From contig OZ024760.1 of NCBI GenBank assembly GCA_964016885.1, positions 16,120,001 to 16,184,000 of the forward strand: DNA of 64,000 bases. The letters are read 5' to 3'. Of this stretch, positions 26,829-44,184 are shown piece after piece. Below the pieces are notes generated by a model. The model saw nothing but the letters and a program-made list of their open reading frames with translations. It did not search any database and was not told where the DNA came from. The first letter of the stretch is position 1. Every line of letters begins with the position of its first letter. The position numbers were made by a program, and so were the translations under genes. Source of the DNA: Eledone cirrhosa. Its lineage: Eukaryota.

Positions 26829-27627
26829 CGAAGGAAATGTGGTAAGGAACCAGATGGACCATAACGCACCAAAGTACTCAATACTTAAGATAGTAGAGTG
26901 GGTAATAGGAACAAGTAGGACCCCGACGGCTGAGCTCAAGCCGTTTCAACGGCTAATTCAGGACTAAATGAAAATGTTTAGCCTTGTAAATGAATAGCCG
27001 AACTTCTCAGGGGGTAATTCCATATATGGTAAAAGTGATTGTCACAAGGATTGGTCAAAAGTTTGTTGTTAAGACATACATACATACATACATACATACG
27101 TACATACATACATACATAAATACACACACACATATATATATATATATATATGCGGTAATATATATGTGGCAATATATAATAATTTGTTGTGTGGAATATT
27201 AAGCGTTATTGGTTGACTGAGACGTCTGAAGCCAGAGAACGCCATAATATACTATATTATGCAACAGTACTAAATTTTGTAGATTGCCATAGAAAATGTC
27301 ATATCGTATTTACTTCACGTTCAGTTGCGGCCGATACGAGGTTAATTCTACTTTTTTTATTCGCTAGAGATCGATAAAAGAAACACCGATGTTATATATA
27401 TATATATATACAATCGTTCGATTAAATCGACTATTAACTCTTCGCCCGCCATAAATGTGTGGCTTCCTTCCAAACTTATGAATCAGTATTTTTGTTCTAA
27501 CATGGCGAACATTCATTCATTCTATAGGAGAAGGAGAAAGTACGTTCTCAGTTAGTGACCGACTTCCACACACAAATACATACACACTTACACACAGACT
27601 TCCACACACGCTTACATACACACACTT

Positions 27628-27662
<35 letters not shown>

Positions 27663-28280
27663 ACACACACACTTATACACACACACACACAGAGACTTAC
27701 ACACACTTACACACACACACACACACACAGAGACTTACACACACTTACACACACACACACACTTACTTCCACACACACAGACTTACACAGACTTACACAC
27801 ACAGACTTACACACAATTATACACACACACACTTACACACACACACAGAGCTGTAATCTCTCCTCTTTGGTGTGGTCTCTCGGGATATACAAGTTTTGCG
27901 CGTCCATCTTACACCTCCCTTGACATCTCCCAAACCCACGTACCAGTAATTATGTGAGGGGGGGGGGGTAAAAGGCTTACATGTCAATCACTTCAAAATT
28001 TTACCCCATCATAACAGAAAAAAATCATTATGCACAAGGCCAATTTATTATAATATATACGTTAGGTAATTCCAAAGGAAAAGCAAAGGAAAAAAGAATG
28101 CTCTATGTATAGAACAGAGCTATTTCATATCTTTTATCTATAACATCTCTATCTGACGAACGAACCAGACGTATATTATTTATCGACTGTGATCCAGAAA
28201 CCTTTGGTAATGGAGAATTTATATTTTGGATTGTTGGATTGTTCACTTTCTAAATAAATATAATATATATATATATATAT

Positions 28281-28468
28281 ATTTGAAACAAAAGGAAAAG
28301 AGTGACTTCACTTGTAGTGTTAAAAAAATGTTTGATTTAATTTTATAATATAATATTATGAGTTGGTAGATCCACTGGATCTACCAACTCATAATATTAC
28401 AATATTATAAAATTAAATAAAACATTTTTTAACACTACAAGTGAAGTCACTTTTCCTTTTTTTCAAAT
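28281..28468. repeat. Palindrome with about 93-bp arms, next to (TA)n
   Basis: atttgaaacaaaaggaaaag...gagttggtagatcca / tggatctaccaactc...cttttcctttttttcaaat. Confidence 0.85.
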
Positions 28469-28500
28469 AAACCTAACTGTACCAAGGATCTCACACATTT

Positions 28501-28546
<46 letters not shown>

Positions 28547-29091
28547 GAAAGGTATAGAAAGTATTGTAGCAAGAAGCCAACAGTATTCCATAATATATAA
28601 CTGACTATAGCGTCAAAATGGCAAAATAGTTAACGTAAGATGTGGGAAAAATAATTCAAACTCAATTCAAAAAGAATCCAGGGAAAAATCAATAGAGCCT
28701 TAACTCATGATAAAATAAAGTTTAAAATACTCATCCTTCAATTTGGGACAACTACAAATGCTCTGTATAGTGTTGAAAAAGACTATTTCACGAAAACTTT
28801 CAGTGGAGATGGTCACGGTTGGATACGATCATCAGCAGAGCTCAACACGATAGCCAAATTCTCACTGATTAATATGCCAAAAAGGGAATTTAAAAGCAGG
28901 CTAGTTTAACATCATGCGTGATTGTGAAAATAAAACGCACATGTGGAAAAACAGGGCTGGTGACGTCAGAATGAGACGAATGTTTGTTTACATGAAACAA
29001 CAGTCATATATATATATATATATATATGATATATATATATATATATACTCTTTTACCTGTTCCAGCCATCCGGCTGAAGCCATGCTGGGGC

Positions 29092-29147
<56 letters not shown>

Positions 29148-29334
29148 TAAATCTACCAATCAATGGTAGGGTCTAAACCGTATGAAGAACTCAATGTAAT
29201 CCGTATGTAGAAGATGTGAAGCAAAGTTTAAAATACAAAATTTTCAACGATATAATTCATTGGATACAGAGTCAAAAATAGAAATATTAAAACAATGAAA
29301 TTAAACACAAAACGGTTAATTTATAGTAAAACTC

Positions 29335-29467
29335 ATTATTTTACGATCGTTTCTGGGGGGTAGTTCCCTGTATGTCCATTCAATTATTGATCTATGTAAA
29401 ATATTACAAAATATCATAGTAAGAAAAAATACATACGTCTTCACTACCCGCCGTCTTCAGAAATAAT
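29335..29467 (-). ncRNA. Hammerhead ribozyme with an extended (about 100 nt) stem II
   Basis: Reverse strand ATTATTT CTGAAGA cggcGGGTAGT...ACTACCCccca GAAA CGATCG TA AAATAAT; palindromic stem III ACGATCGT. Confidence 0.6.
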
Positions 29468-29549
29468 ATATATATATGAAGTATTTCCGTAGAAAGGGTA
29501 AAGGAAAGGAGAGTTCTCTATGTATACTACAGAGCTATTTAATTAAATT

Positions 29550-29622
29550 TTCCTTTCTGATGAACGATTTCAGACCTCTTTATTGAGGTCGCCTATCTTC
29601 GTGAAACCTTTGGTAAATGGAA
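29550..29622 (+). ncRNA. Hammerhead ribozyme, family D-related with a two-part stem II
   Basis: TTCCTTT CTGATGA ACGA...GACCTC-tttatt-GAGGTC...TCGT GAAA CCTTTGG TA AATGGAA. Decayed relatives at 28150-28215 and 26629-26760. Confidence 0.65.
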
Positions 29623-29701
29623 TAATTGTATTGTATTGTTTATTACATAAATATATATATATATATATAAATATATATATAAATATGTAATAAGGAATAT
29701 G

Positions 29702-29737
<36 letters not shown>

Positions 29738-30007
29738 TTAAAGGTTAATTAGTCTCTAATATATATATATATATGGGTGGGGTGGACTGTAGGGGCCCAA
29801 TTATGTTAACCTCTGTATTTAACTGGTATTATATTTTGGACGATTTGGGACAATTTTTTTTGGGGGGGGGCGCGATTAAATCGACCCCAGTGCGTTACTG
29901 GTAATTTATTTTATCGATCACGTAAGGATGAAAGACAAAGTTCATGTTCACGGGATTTGAACCCAAAAAGGCAAAGAAGAGCCGGATCAAATTTATCGAC
30001 CCCATTA

Positions 30008-30550
30008 TATCCGACGCTCAACGTAACAATTACTACAAAATCTCATATCCGACGCTCAACGTAACAATTACTACAAAATCTCATATCCGACGCTCAACGT
30101 AACAATTACTACAAAATCTCATATCCGACGCTCAACGTAACAATTACTACAAAATCTCATATCCGACGCACAACGTAACAATTACTACAAAATCTCATAC
30201 CCGACGCTCAACGTAACAATTACTACAAAATCTCATATCCGACGCTCAACGTAACAATTACTACAAAATCTCATATCCGACGCTCAACGTGACAATTACT
30301 ACAAAATCTCATACCCGACGCTCAACGTAACAATTACTACAAAATCTCATATCCGACGCTCAACGTAACAATTACTACAAAATCTCATATCCGACGCTCA
30401 ACGTAACAATTACTACAAAATCTCATATCCGACGCTCAACGTAACAATTACTACAAAATCTCATATCCGACGCTCAACGTAACAATTACTACAAAATCTC
30501 ATATCCGACGCTCAACGTAACAATTACTACAAAATCTCATATCCGACGCT
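30008..30550. repeat. 38-bp tandem repeat (14 units)
   Basis: atatccgacgctcaacgtaacaattactacaaaatctc, near-identical units. Confidence 0.95.
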
Positions 30551-31190
30551 CTAATGACCCTGCTAATCCAGCGACCTGCAACAACAAAAATAATGGCGAG
30601 AATTGTAATATATTAAATTAATAAGCGCTAAGTTGGCAGATGGCCAAAAATGATTGCATGTATGGTATAGTCAGTTATAGATCGATCATGTTGGTTACGT
30701 TATCTGTACTTATTCCATCGATCTCGCTGGGAGGCAAATGTGACTACTGTGAGATTTAGACTCAAAATGTAAAGGGTTTGGTGGTAATTGATATAGAGAG
30801 GGGGGGATGGAAGAGAGTACCATGTAGTAGATATAGAGAGGGGGATTGGATGAGAGTACCATGTAGTAGATATAGAGAGGGCGAGAGTTTGGTGGTAATT
30901 GATATAGAGAGAGGGGTTGGAAGTGAGTACCATGTAGTAGATATAGAGAGGGGGATTGGATGAGAGTACCATGTAGTAGATATAGAGAGGGGGAGAGTTT
31001 GGTGGTAATTGATATAGAGAGAGGGGTTGGAAGTGAGTACCATGTAGTAGATATAGAGAGGGGGATTGGATGAGAGTACCATGTAGTAGATATAGAGAGG
31101 GGGAGAGTTTGGTGGTAATTGATATAGAGAGGCATTTGGGAGATGAATAAAATGGACATAACACCTGTTTATTAACCAATGCGAAGAAGC

Positions 31191-31244
<54 letters not shown>

Positions 31245-31562
31245 AACGAGAAGGACCCCGACAGCTGAGCTCAAGCCGTTTCGACGGCTAATTCTTGGTC
31301 CAGAATTAGCCGTCGAAACGGCTTGAGCTCAGCCGTCGGGGTCCTACTCGTTCCTATTACCCACTCTACTACCCTAAGTATTGAGTACTCTGGTGCGTTA
31401 TGGTCCATCTGGTTCTTACCACACCTCCTTCGTTATATATATATATATATATATATATTAACAAAGATAATAGGAAAAGAGTCAGGACCCCGACGGCAGA
31501 ACTCAAGCCGTTTCGACGGCTATTTCAGTCCAAAAATAGCCGCCGGGGTCCTGACTATTTTC

Positions 31563-31671
<109 letters not shown>

Positions 31672-31710
31672 GCGTGTGTGTATATATGTATATATATGCG
31701 TGTGTGTATA

Positions 31711-31784
<74 letters not shown>

Positions 31785-31881
31785 CTTATGCGTGTGTGTA
31801 TATATGTATATATATTATATATATTATATATATTATATATATATATATGTGTGTGTATATATGTATATATATTATATATAT

Positions 31882-31913
<32 letters not shown>

Positions 31914-32479
31914 CGTGTGTGTGAAATGTAGTTGTTCCGACGGAGGTGACTATAATAGTAGTTGAGACTTTCAAGTAAAGAGTGTCCCTGGGGACGACGT
32001 GGGGACGATTATATTTCAAATCACGAATGTACCCAATGCTTCATAAGTGAACCGGATGTTTATAGATAGATACATGCATACACATACATACACAGACACA
32101 CACACCCTTCCTCTCTCCCACACACACACACACATACACACACTCTCTCTCTCTCTCACACACATGCATACACATACATACACAGACACACACACCCTTC
32201 CTCTCTCCCACACACACACACACATACACACACACTCTCTCTCTCTCTCACACACATGCATACACATACATACACAGACACACACACCCTTCCTCTCTCC
32301 CACACACACACACACATACACACACACTCTCTCTCTCTCTCTCTCACACACACGCATACTCACACTCTCTTTCACACACACACATAGATATATATTATAC
32401 AATGTGTCCCCCAAAAATGTATACGTCCTTCGATGAGAATACTGTTGAAGTTTGTATACATTTTTTGGGGAACAGCCTG

Positions 32480-34860
<2,381 letters not shown>

Positions 34861-34904
34861 GAGAGAGTTAGAGAGAGTTAGAGAGAGAGAGAGAGAGAGA
34901 GAGT

Positions 34905-34943
<39 letters not shown>

Positions 34944-35275
34944 GGGTTAGCTGACAGCCTACATGTGTGTCTCTGGCAGATCTGACTGGTCCACCATTTC
35001 CCACACGGTCGTCTGCTTCTTCCAAATAAATTCTTATCCAATATATTGGTACATGTGCACTAGCAGCTAAGCCTACATCTTCTCTCGCTTTCTACAGTAT
35101 AATCATTACATGTGCAATTGTGTGTGCATCTGTATGTGCAACTGTGTGTGCATCTGTATGTGCATCTGTGCGTGCATCAACTGCAGGTATTAGAAACACC
35201 TTTAAGTGTTCAATGAATTTATCTACACACATATATACACACATATATACACACACACTCATACAACCGTACGTA

Positions 35276-35340
<65 letters not shown>

Positions 35341-35477
35341 TACAAACCCAAGTTGTGTGCATTTTTTAATACAATAAAGTTTATATAGTATGTGTGTGAG
35401 GGTGTGTGTGAGGGTGTGTGTGTGTGAGTGTGTAGTGTGGATTTAGGACATATATACATATATACATATATATATAT

Positions 35478-35524
<47 letters not shown>

Positions 35525-35671
35525 TATATATATATATACACACATATATATATATATATACACACATATATATATATATATACACACATATATATATATA
35601 CACACACACACATATATATATATACGCACACACACACATATATATATATATACACACACACATGTATATAT

Positions 35672-35702
<31 letters not shown>

Positions 35703-36074
35703 CACACACATATATATATACAAATACCTACAGACATCACCTAACACCACCACCATCACCACCACCACCACCCACTTCCACATCACAAACCCCGGAAGTT
35801 GTTATGACTTCCGTTGTAATCATGCGTCAAAGGTGACCTAAATACTCTTTGGCTGTTATGAACTGATTCCTCTCAGACGCTGTGGTGTGACCCGTTTCGA
35901 TCTTCGATTTGGAAACCACGAATTCTTCATCAATATTCTCTTCATCCATAAAATCTTATTCACTAGCGCTCTCTTCTCTCTCTGTGAATGTCTTTCTGTT
36001 TCTACTCGTTTTCTCTTCTTCTCTCTCCCTCTCTCGCACCCCCCCCCCCCCTCTCTCGCACTCACATACACACA

Positions 36075-36110
<36 letters not shown>

Positions 36111-36139
36111 TGTGTATACATACATACATGTATATTAAC

Positions 36140-36320
36140 AATTGTTTCTACTTTTGGCACAAGGCCAGCAATTAACCCAGTGCATTACTGGTACTTTATT
36201 TTATCGACCCCGTAAGGATTAAAGGCAAAGTTAACCTCGTCAGGATTTGAACTCAGAATGGCAAGGGCCGTAACTCTATGCGTCAAAGCATGGCGCCCGA
36301 CCCCTCTACCGATTCTGCCA
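36140..36320 (-). mobile_element. tRNA-derived SINE (same family)
   Basis: Reverse complement of the 19993-20173 element. Confidence 0.85.
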
Positions 36321-36501
36321 AATAATAACATTCGATTCATTTGCAATTATGCAAACAAGCCTCAATTTTAAAGCCATGTCAGTAGAATGAACCCTTCATT
36401 CTTGCTCTTGTGTTGGATTTTATGTATATATATACACGCATACATACATAGATACATACCTAGATATATACCTAGATATATACGTACAACATATATATAT
36501 A

Positions 36502-36538
<37 letters not shown>

Positions 36539-36634
36539 TATAATATTTGTTCGTTAAACTATTGTATGCAGAATAGATCATTGAACGAAGTATTCAAGTC
36601 GGGTCTGCGTACTCTGGAGTATAATTATAATAAC

Positions 36635-36812
36635 TGTTTCTACTTTTGGCACAAGGCCAGCAATTATCCCAGTGCATTACTGGTACTTTATTTTATCGAC
36701 CCCCTAAGGATGAAAGGCAAAGTTAACCTCGGCGGGATTTGAACTCAGAATGGCAAGCGCCGTAACTCTATGCGTCAAAGCATGGCGTCCGACCCTCTAC
36801 CGATACTGCCAA
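36635..36812 (-). mobile_element. tRNA-derived SINE (same family)
   Basis: Reverse complement of the 19993-20173 element. Confidence 0.85.
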
Positions 36813-36994
36813 TCCACCAAGAACAAACCAACAGGTTAGAACTTACTTCGTTTATTCCTATCATTGGTGCTTTGAGAAATCAGCACCAATGATCAGCCAT
36901 TGATATATCAATGAATTGAAACAGTAGGAGTTTTTATTTGTTCAACTATTAGCTGTCTGATGTGGTCATAACAGTTGCATAACAGTTATCATTG

Positions 36995-37053
<59 letters not shown>

Positions 37054-37145
37054 TGTGTGTAAAAGGTAAACATAAATAACAACACAATCGGTACAGTATA
37101 AGGAAGGGATAAATTAGGTTAACGCTTGATATAGCAGGAAGAGGG

Positions 37146-37181
37146 TCTTAACGTTTCGGACGCTAGTCCCTCATCAGAAGA
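37146..37181 (-). ncRNA. Minimal hammerhead ribozyme, family C
   Basis: Reverse strand TCTT CTGATGA G GGAC-TAGC-GTCC GAAACGTT AAGA. Decayed copies at about 1115-1150 and 25484-25520. Confidence 0.7.
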
Positions 37182-37292
37182 AAGAATGAGAAATACGATA
37201 GATTGAGGAGACGGGCGGGTTGGAATTGGAAAAAAATGTCTTAATAGCGATTATATAATGAATAAATGAAGCAAATTATAACCTATTGACAT

Positions 37293-37371
<79 letters not shown>

Positions 37372-37427
37372 TTGTAGAAATTTGTTTTTTTTTCGACAAA
37401 TTTCTACAAATGTCATATTTGACGACT

Positions 37428-37486
<59 letters not shown>

Positions 37487-37634
37487 TGTTTAACCATCGT
37501 CTCAGTGTGTTTGGCCTTTAACGTTTGTTATAGCTCTGAGCTCTGGTTCATCTGAATCATTGAGCACTTGCCACACATCTCAGAGGTTGTTTTTCGTTAT
37601 TTCGTGGGCCGAAATGTGATTCTCGATAATTTAT

Positions 37635-37693
<59 letters not shown>

Positions 37694-37764
37694 TATGGAA
37701 TACTGTTGGCCTTTTGCTACAATATTTTCTATACCTTTCATTTATATATATATATATATATATA

Positions 37765-37816
<52 letters not shown>

Positions 37817-37879
37817 GCCTCACTCCATCCTCATATCTGAGGGTCGGTGGGCCTTGAACCCTTTTCCGACCCTCTTTGC

Positions 37880-37920
<41 letters not shown>

Positions 37921-38142
37921 AGACAGTGTGTACTGGGTTACATGTTATCAGTAGCACTCGAGAGCGACCCGACATATATACACACGCACTCAACACACAC
38001 ACACACACACACATATAAACACTCACACACACACATGATGGTGATGGGGATAATGATGAAGATGACGATGATGATGATTATGATGAAGATGACGATGACG
38101 ATGATGATGGTGATGATGATTATGAGGATGATGATGATGGTG

Positions 38143-38174
<32 letters not shown>

Positions 38175-38797
38175 GACGGCGATGACGATGTCTGATAGCG
38201 TTGGCAGTAAAGGGTGGTTATAGCAGTGGTAGAAGGTGGTGTGGTGTGTGGTGTGGTGTGGTGTGTGGTGACGTGTGTGTGAGGGGATGTCGCTCTCGCA
38301 GATGGATGAAATACCACGACGTGACACACTTCCAGCAATGAAATCCAAATAATGCTCACGTGACTTCGAGACCCACAAATCACGTATATAAAAATAAAAA
38401 AAAATAAAAAAAAAAATAATAAAAAATAATAAAAAAAAAAACAAAAAAAAATAATAAAAAAATAATAAATAAAAAATGAAAAAAAAAAATAATAATAAAA
38501 AAAAATAATAAAATAAAAATAAGATAAAATAAAATAAAATAAAATAAAATAAAATTCTTTAAAGAAAATAAATAACGAAATAAGACAAAAACCCCATAAA
38601 TAAAATAAAATAAAATAAACATGGAAGCTGTGATATTTAGGAATTAAAGAACACCGCCCTTCACTTTAAACCTTGACTATTTGGGGTAGGGACAACTATT
38701 TTAAACATGTAGACACATATACATACACACACACACATACATACACACATGTATATATATACACATACAGACATATATATATATATATATATGTCTG

Positions 38798-38886
<89 letters not shown>

Positions 38887-38917
38887 AGTGTAATTTTCTA
38901 CACAAAACGAAGGTTAT

Positions 38918-39498
38918 AGAGAAAATTGAGGTTGGTAATGGCACATGGAATATATAAGAGACAGAATACTTTTTTGTGAAAAAACATAATTTTATAAGGT
39001 AAGGAAATAATAAAGGGTATAAAAAATGACCGGTTTCGATGGGTCTGCAAAAGCCATCTTTTCAAATGTTGATTAATATTAAGAAAAATTAATAATACGA
39101 AGAGTTAAAATTTGAGACTTGAAAATTCAAGTATAAAATTCATTGTGGGATTTCATAGCAGTTTTCATCTAGGTAGCAACAACAGGTTGACTGCTGTGTC
39201 CCTTTATGTCCCCAGAAAGGGACACAGCAGTCAACCTGTTGTTGCTACCTAGATGAAAACTGCTATGAAATCTCACAATGAATTTTATACTTGAATTTTC
39301 AAGTCTCAAATTTTAACTCTTCGTATTATTAATTTTTCTTAATATTAATCAACATTTGAAAAGATGGCTTTTGCAGACCCATCGAAACCGGTCATTTTTT
39401 ATACCCTTTATTATTTCCTTACCTTATAAAATTATGTTTTTTCACAAAAAAGTATTCTGTCTCTTATATATTCCATGTGCCATTACCAACCTCAATTT

Positions 39499-39503
<5 letters not shown>
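38918..39503. repeat. Near-perfect palindrome, about 288-bp arms with a 9-nt spacer
   Basis: agagaaaattgagg...gtgtcccttt / atgtcccag / aaagggacac...cctcaattttctct; flanked by (TA)n. Confidence 0.9.
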
Positions 39504-39569
<66 letters not shown>

Positions 39570-39583
39570 GCATATATATATAC

Positions 39584-39649
<66 letters not shown>

Positions 39650-39743
39650 GCATATATATATATATATACGCATATATATATATATATATGCATATATATA
39701 TATATATATATATATACGCATATATATATACGCATATATATAC

Positions 39744-39800
<57 letters not shown>

Positions 39801-39933
39801 CGTATATATATATATATATATATACGTATATATATATATATATATAGAAGGACAGACAGATAGATATGAACAGATTAAGCACAGAATTGCTTTTACCCTT
39901 TTACGGGATCTGGTGTATGTTCTGTTGAACTTT

Positions 39934-40017
<84 letters not shown>

Positions 40018-40065
40018 TATGAAAATAAACCAAAGAAGCCTTCAATACATCAAAAGTCTTTATTA

Positions 40066-40103
40066 GCCAACAATGTTTCGTCCTATTAAGGACTCATCAG
40101 GGC
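40066..40103 (-). ncRNA. Compact canonical hammerhead ribozyme
   Basis: Reverse strand GCC CTGATGA GTCCT-TAAT-AGGAC GAAAC-att-GTT GGC. Confidence 0.8.
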
Positions 40104-40261
40104 AATTAAAGCTATAAGAAGCACTATCGGCCAATACAAGCCAAAAACTCAGAAGAATATGGAGTGTACATACATTAAAGCATAGGAAAATTATCGGGTA
40201 AGAATTATCAAGTAAAAATTGCTAAGGAAGTAAATAACATTTTGAACCATGTTACAAATAT

Positions 40262-40470
40262 AGAGCAGTATCTGTCATTAGGGCACCAACATATATCAAC
40301 CTCGGTCTTCCTCTTCTAGTGTGTCCGTGCAGGGGCTCCCACAGGAGCTCTGAGTGCAGTGCCAACTCTGAATGTTGGTGAGCATGTCCAGCTAACCTCA
40401 GTCTCCTCTGTCTTACTTTCAAGCTGACTTTTGGCAGGCTCCCGTACAACTCAGAGTTCTTCATCCTCAG
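40262..40470 (-). mobile_element. RTE-clade LINE RT C-terminal fragment
   Basis: NSELYGSLPKVSLKVRQRRLRLAGHAHQH...LLWEPLHGHTRRGRPRL. Confidence 0.8.
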
Positions 40471-41086
40471 TGTATACTGATATATATATATATATATTAT
40501 ATATATATTGTAACAAATTAGATGCATCGGGGTAGGTTTAGTTAAATATGTGGCGGTGTTAGACTGAATTTTCGTACAGTTTACTTATAAAAATATGGTT
40601 GACCAATGCCAGGCTTACATACAGTTTCTGTCGACCAAATTTTATTCCCCAAACTATGGTTGAAAAGTGACAGGCTTCCTTCCGTACAGTTACTGTCTAC
40701 TAAATTTTATTTCGCAAACTATAGTTTGAAAGTGACAGGCTTCCGTACAGTTTGTCTACCAAATTTTATTCCGAACGAGAATACATTCTGAAGTCACATG
40801 TCCCATATGCGGTGAAGTGGGATTGATCACGATTCCTCGTAGCTCCCACATAAACTATCAAATTACGCAACCATACTTCTATCAGAAAAAAATCGATAAG
40901 GATGGAAAAAAAGTACCAAAGATTCATTAATCCCACAACACAATAACTGTAAATATAATCGATATCGATTGAGCCTTCGTGATCAAAAATGGATGATTTG
41001 AAGGCTGTATCGATCTGAAGTATTCATCAATAAATTATTTAAAGGATCCATCTATGGGTGATCTGTAGTAGCTAAGGAGGTTTGGT

Positions 41087-41133
<47 letters not shown>

Positions 41134-42394
41134 TATATATACATGCATACATATAACATAGATATATCATACTTCACATATTTCGATGTTACTTACTCGT
41201 TTGCTTTATTTCTTTTACCACTTTACCCCTCCCCCGTCTCCTCTTCCCCCTCCCACTATATGCCTGTCCACACCCTCACCCCTCCTCTTTCCCCCTACTA
41301 TATCCCTCCCTGTCCACAACCCTCATCATTATCCATCTCCATGTAATTCCCCTGTAACAGATAACTGTTCAAACGAGGCTACAAGCGTATAAAAATGTTT
41401 TAATACATATTTAAAATAAACAACAACAATAACAATAACAACAACAGCAACCAAAAAAAAAAAAAAAATTAAATTTAAAAAGATAAACAAACCAAAATCC
41501 TACTTTCACTTTCACTTTTGAAATAGAACGCTACAACAGGTTTGATTTTTCAGATAATTCTAATTTTATTGCCATTTTCAGTGACATAGTCAAAGTTATT
41601 TATATATATATTTGATTGTTGTTGTTGATGTTGTGGATGTTGTTTTTGCTGTTGCTGTTGTTTCTGTTGTTGTTGTTGCTCATGTCGTTGCTAGGGTTAA
41701 TGTCACCGTAACCATTGTTAATGGCGCTGTTGTTGTAATTGTTGTTGTTGTTGTTGTTGTTAATGTTATTGTTGTTGCAGTTGCTGTTGTTGTTGTTGTT
41801 GTTGTTCTTGTTGTTGATGTCGTCGTCGTTGCTGTTGTCGATGATGATGTCGTTGTTGTTGATGTCGTTGTTAGGATTGGTGCCGTTGTTGTTATTGTTG
41901 TCGTTTTAGTTGCAGTTGTTGTTGTTGTTTTCATGGTTGTTATTATTGATGTTGTTGTTGATATTCTTATATCAATTTGCAGTCTTGTCCACGGGGTGCA
42001 ACCCCAACACCACCCTCATCCTCGGCCCAGAGCCCACCACCCTTTCCTCTTCTCCCTCCATTTCTTCTGTGACCCAAGAGTTCCATCTTTTTTCCCTCCT
42101 TTTCCTCTAATTTATGACATTTCTAGTCCTTTCCTCTACTTTCCCATACAGCCAGAGCTGCCCTTCTTTACCCCCTCCCCTTTATTTCATTACTTAATTT
42201 GGCTTTTAAGTTTCTTTTTCATATTTATGCAATCATCAATGGTTTTTAAGCCAGCTTTGAGAATATTTGTGATCTTATTTATACAACTGTCAATAAAATT
42301 TTAGAGTAAAATTGATTGATTTTTTTTTTAAATTAAGAAAATTGTAAATATATTTGATATGTGATTAGAAATAAATAGAACGTTCGTGTTTATA

Positions 42395-42670
42395 CATAGT
42401 ACTGTGTCTATAGATATTTCATATATTCCTATAGTAAGGTAGTTCTATGTTCTGCCTACCCATAGTACCGTATCTATAGACTTCTCATATATCCCTATAG
42501 TAAGGTAGTTCTATATTCTATGTATACACGTAGTACTGTGTCTATAGACTTCTCATATATCCCTATAGTAAGGTAGTCCTATATTCTATGTATACACGTA
42601 GTACTGTGTCTATAGAGGTCTTATATATTCCTATAGTATGGTAGCTCTATAATATTCTATATATCTACGT
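42395..42670. repeat. About 68-bp tandem repeat (4 units)
   Basis: tagtactgtgtctataga...ctatagtaaggtagttcta units. Confidence 0.8.
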
Positions 42671-42804
42671 GTTTCACCCCATTACAGCAAAAAAAAAAAA
42701 TTAAATAGAAACTATAATATGGTATGTTGGGTAAGGTCTAGCCTAGGTCTACTCAACCACAACATCACTAATCCAGGTTCCCATGGTGACCTGACCAGTG
42801 ACTC

Positions 42805-42839
<35 letters not shown>

Positions 42840-44184
42840 GTTAGTGATCCATGTCTCCATAGTGACCTGATCAGTGGCTCAACAATAACACTACCTCCAC
42901 CACCACCACCAATACCACCACCAACAACAACACCCCACACCACCACCAATACCACCACCAACAACAACACCCCACACCACCACCACCACCAACACCCTCA
43001 CCCCACCACCACACCACCACCACCACCAACACCTATGTCTCCGTGGTGAGACTATCAAAACAAAAGGGTCAGTGTGACATTGAAGATGGAATCGAACAGT
43101 GATCAGATTGATGATTGCATATCAATATTGATCACTGTTTACCAACACTGGATATAGGATTGATTGATTGATATATGGTGGTGGGGGGGATGATGGATAT
43201 ACAACAGTAACATCAACAACAACAACAACACCACACACACCACCAACAACACCACCAACAGTACCACAACTACCAACAGCAACACCACACAACCACCACC
43301 AACAACACCACCACCACCACCACCGCCAACAACACTACCACCACCAACAACAACAACAACACCACCACCAACACCACAACCACCACCAACAACAACACCA
43401 ACAACAACACCACCACCAACACCACAACCAACAACACTACCAACAACACAACCACCACCAACAACACCACCACCAACACCACAACCACCACCAACAACAC
43501 CACCAACAACAACAACACCACAACCACCAACAACACCACAACCACCAACAACACAACCACCACCAACAACACCACCACCACCACCAACACCACCACCAAC
43601 ACCACAACCACCACCACCAACAACAACACCACCAACACCACAAACAACACCACAAACACCACAACCACCACCAACAACAACACCACCAACACCACAACCA
43701 CCACCAACAACACCACCAACAACACCACCAACAACAACAACAACACCACCACCACCAACACCAACAACAACACCACCACCACCACCAACAACACCACCAC
43801 CACCAACAACACCAACACCACCACCAACAACAACACCAACAACAACAACAACACCAACACCACAACCACCACCAACAACAACACCACCAACACCACAACC
43901 AACAACAACACCACCAACACCACAACCACCACCAACAACATCACCACCAACACCACAAACAACAACAACAACACCACCACCACCAACACCATACAGGTTA
44001 AATTGATGTTAGTGGTCAGGGAAACAAGGAAGTCATTTGTCCTGAAATTTTAAGTCAAAAGTAAACATTTTCCAGTGGAAAGTAGAATATGTTTTTGGTT
44101 TTAAAATCATCATCACCACCAGCATCAGCACCACTAGCACCCCCACCCCCCGCCCCACCCCACCACCACTACTGAACACTAGTT

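Noticed and set aside
30008-30550. CRISPR-like appearance of the 38-bp and 48-bp arrays
   Set aside because: No unique spacers, no cas genes, eukaryotic context
43168-44001. His/Gln-rich 277-aa ORF, and the Gly/Val ORFs at 16913-17636
   Set aside because: Pure (CAC/CAA/ACC)n repeats with no unique coding flanks
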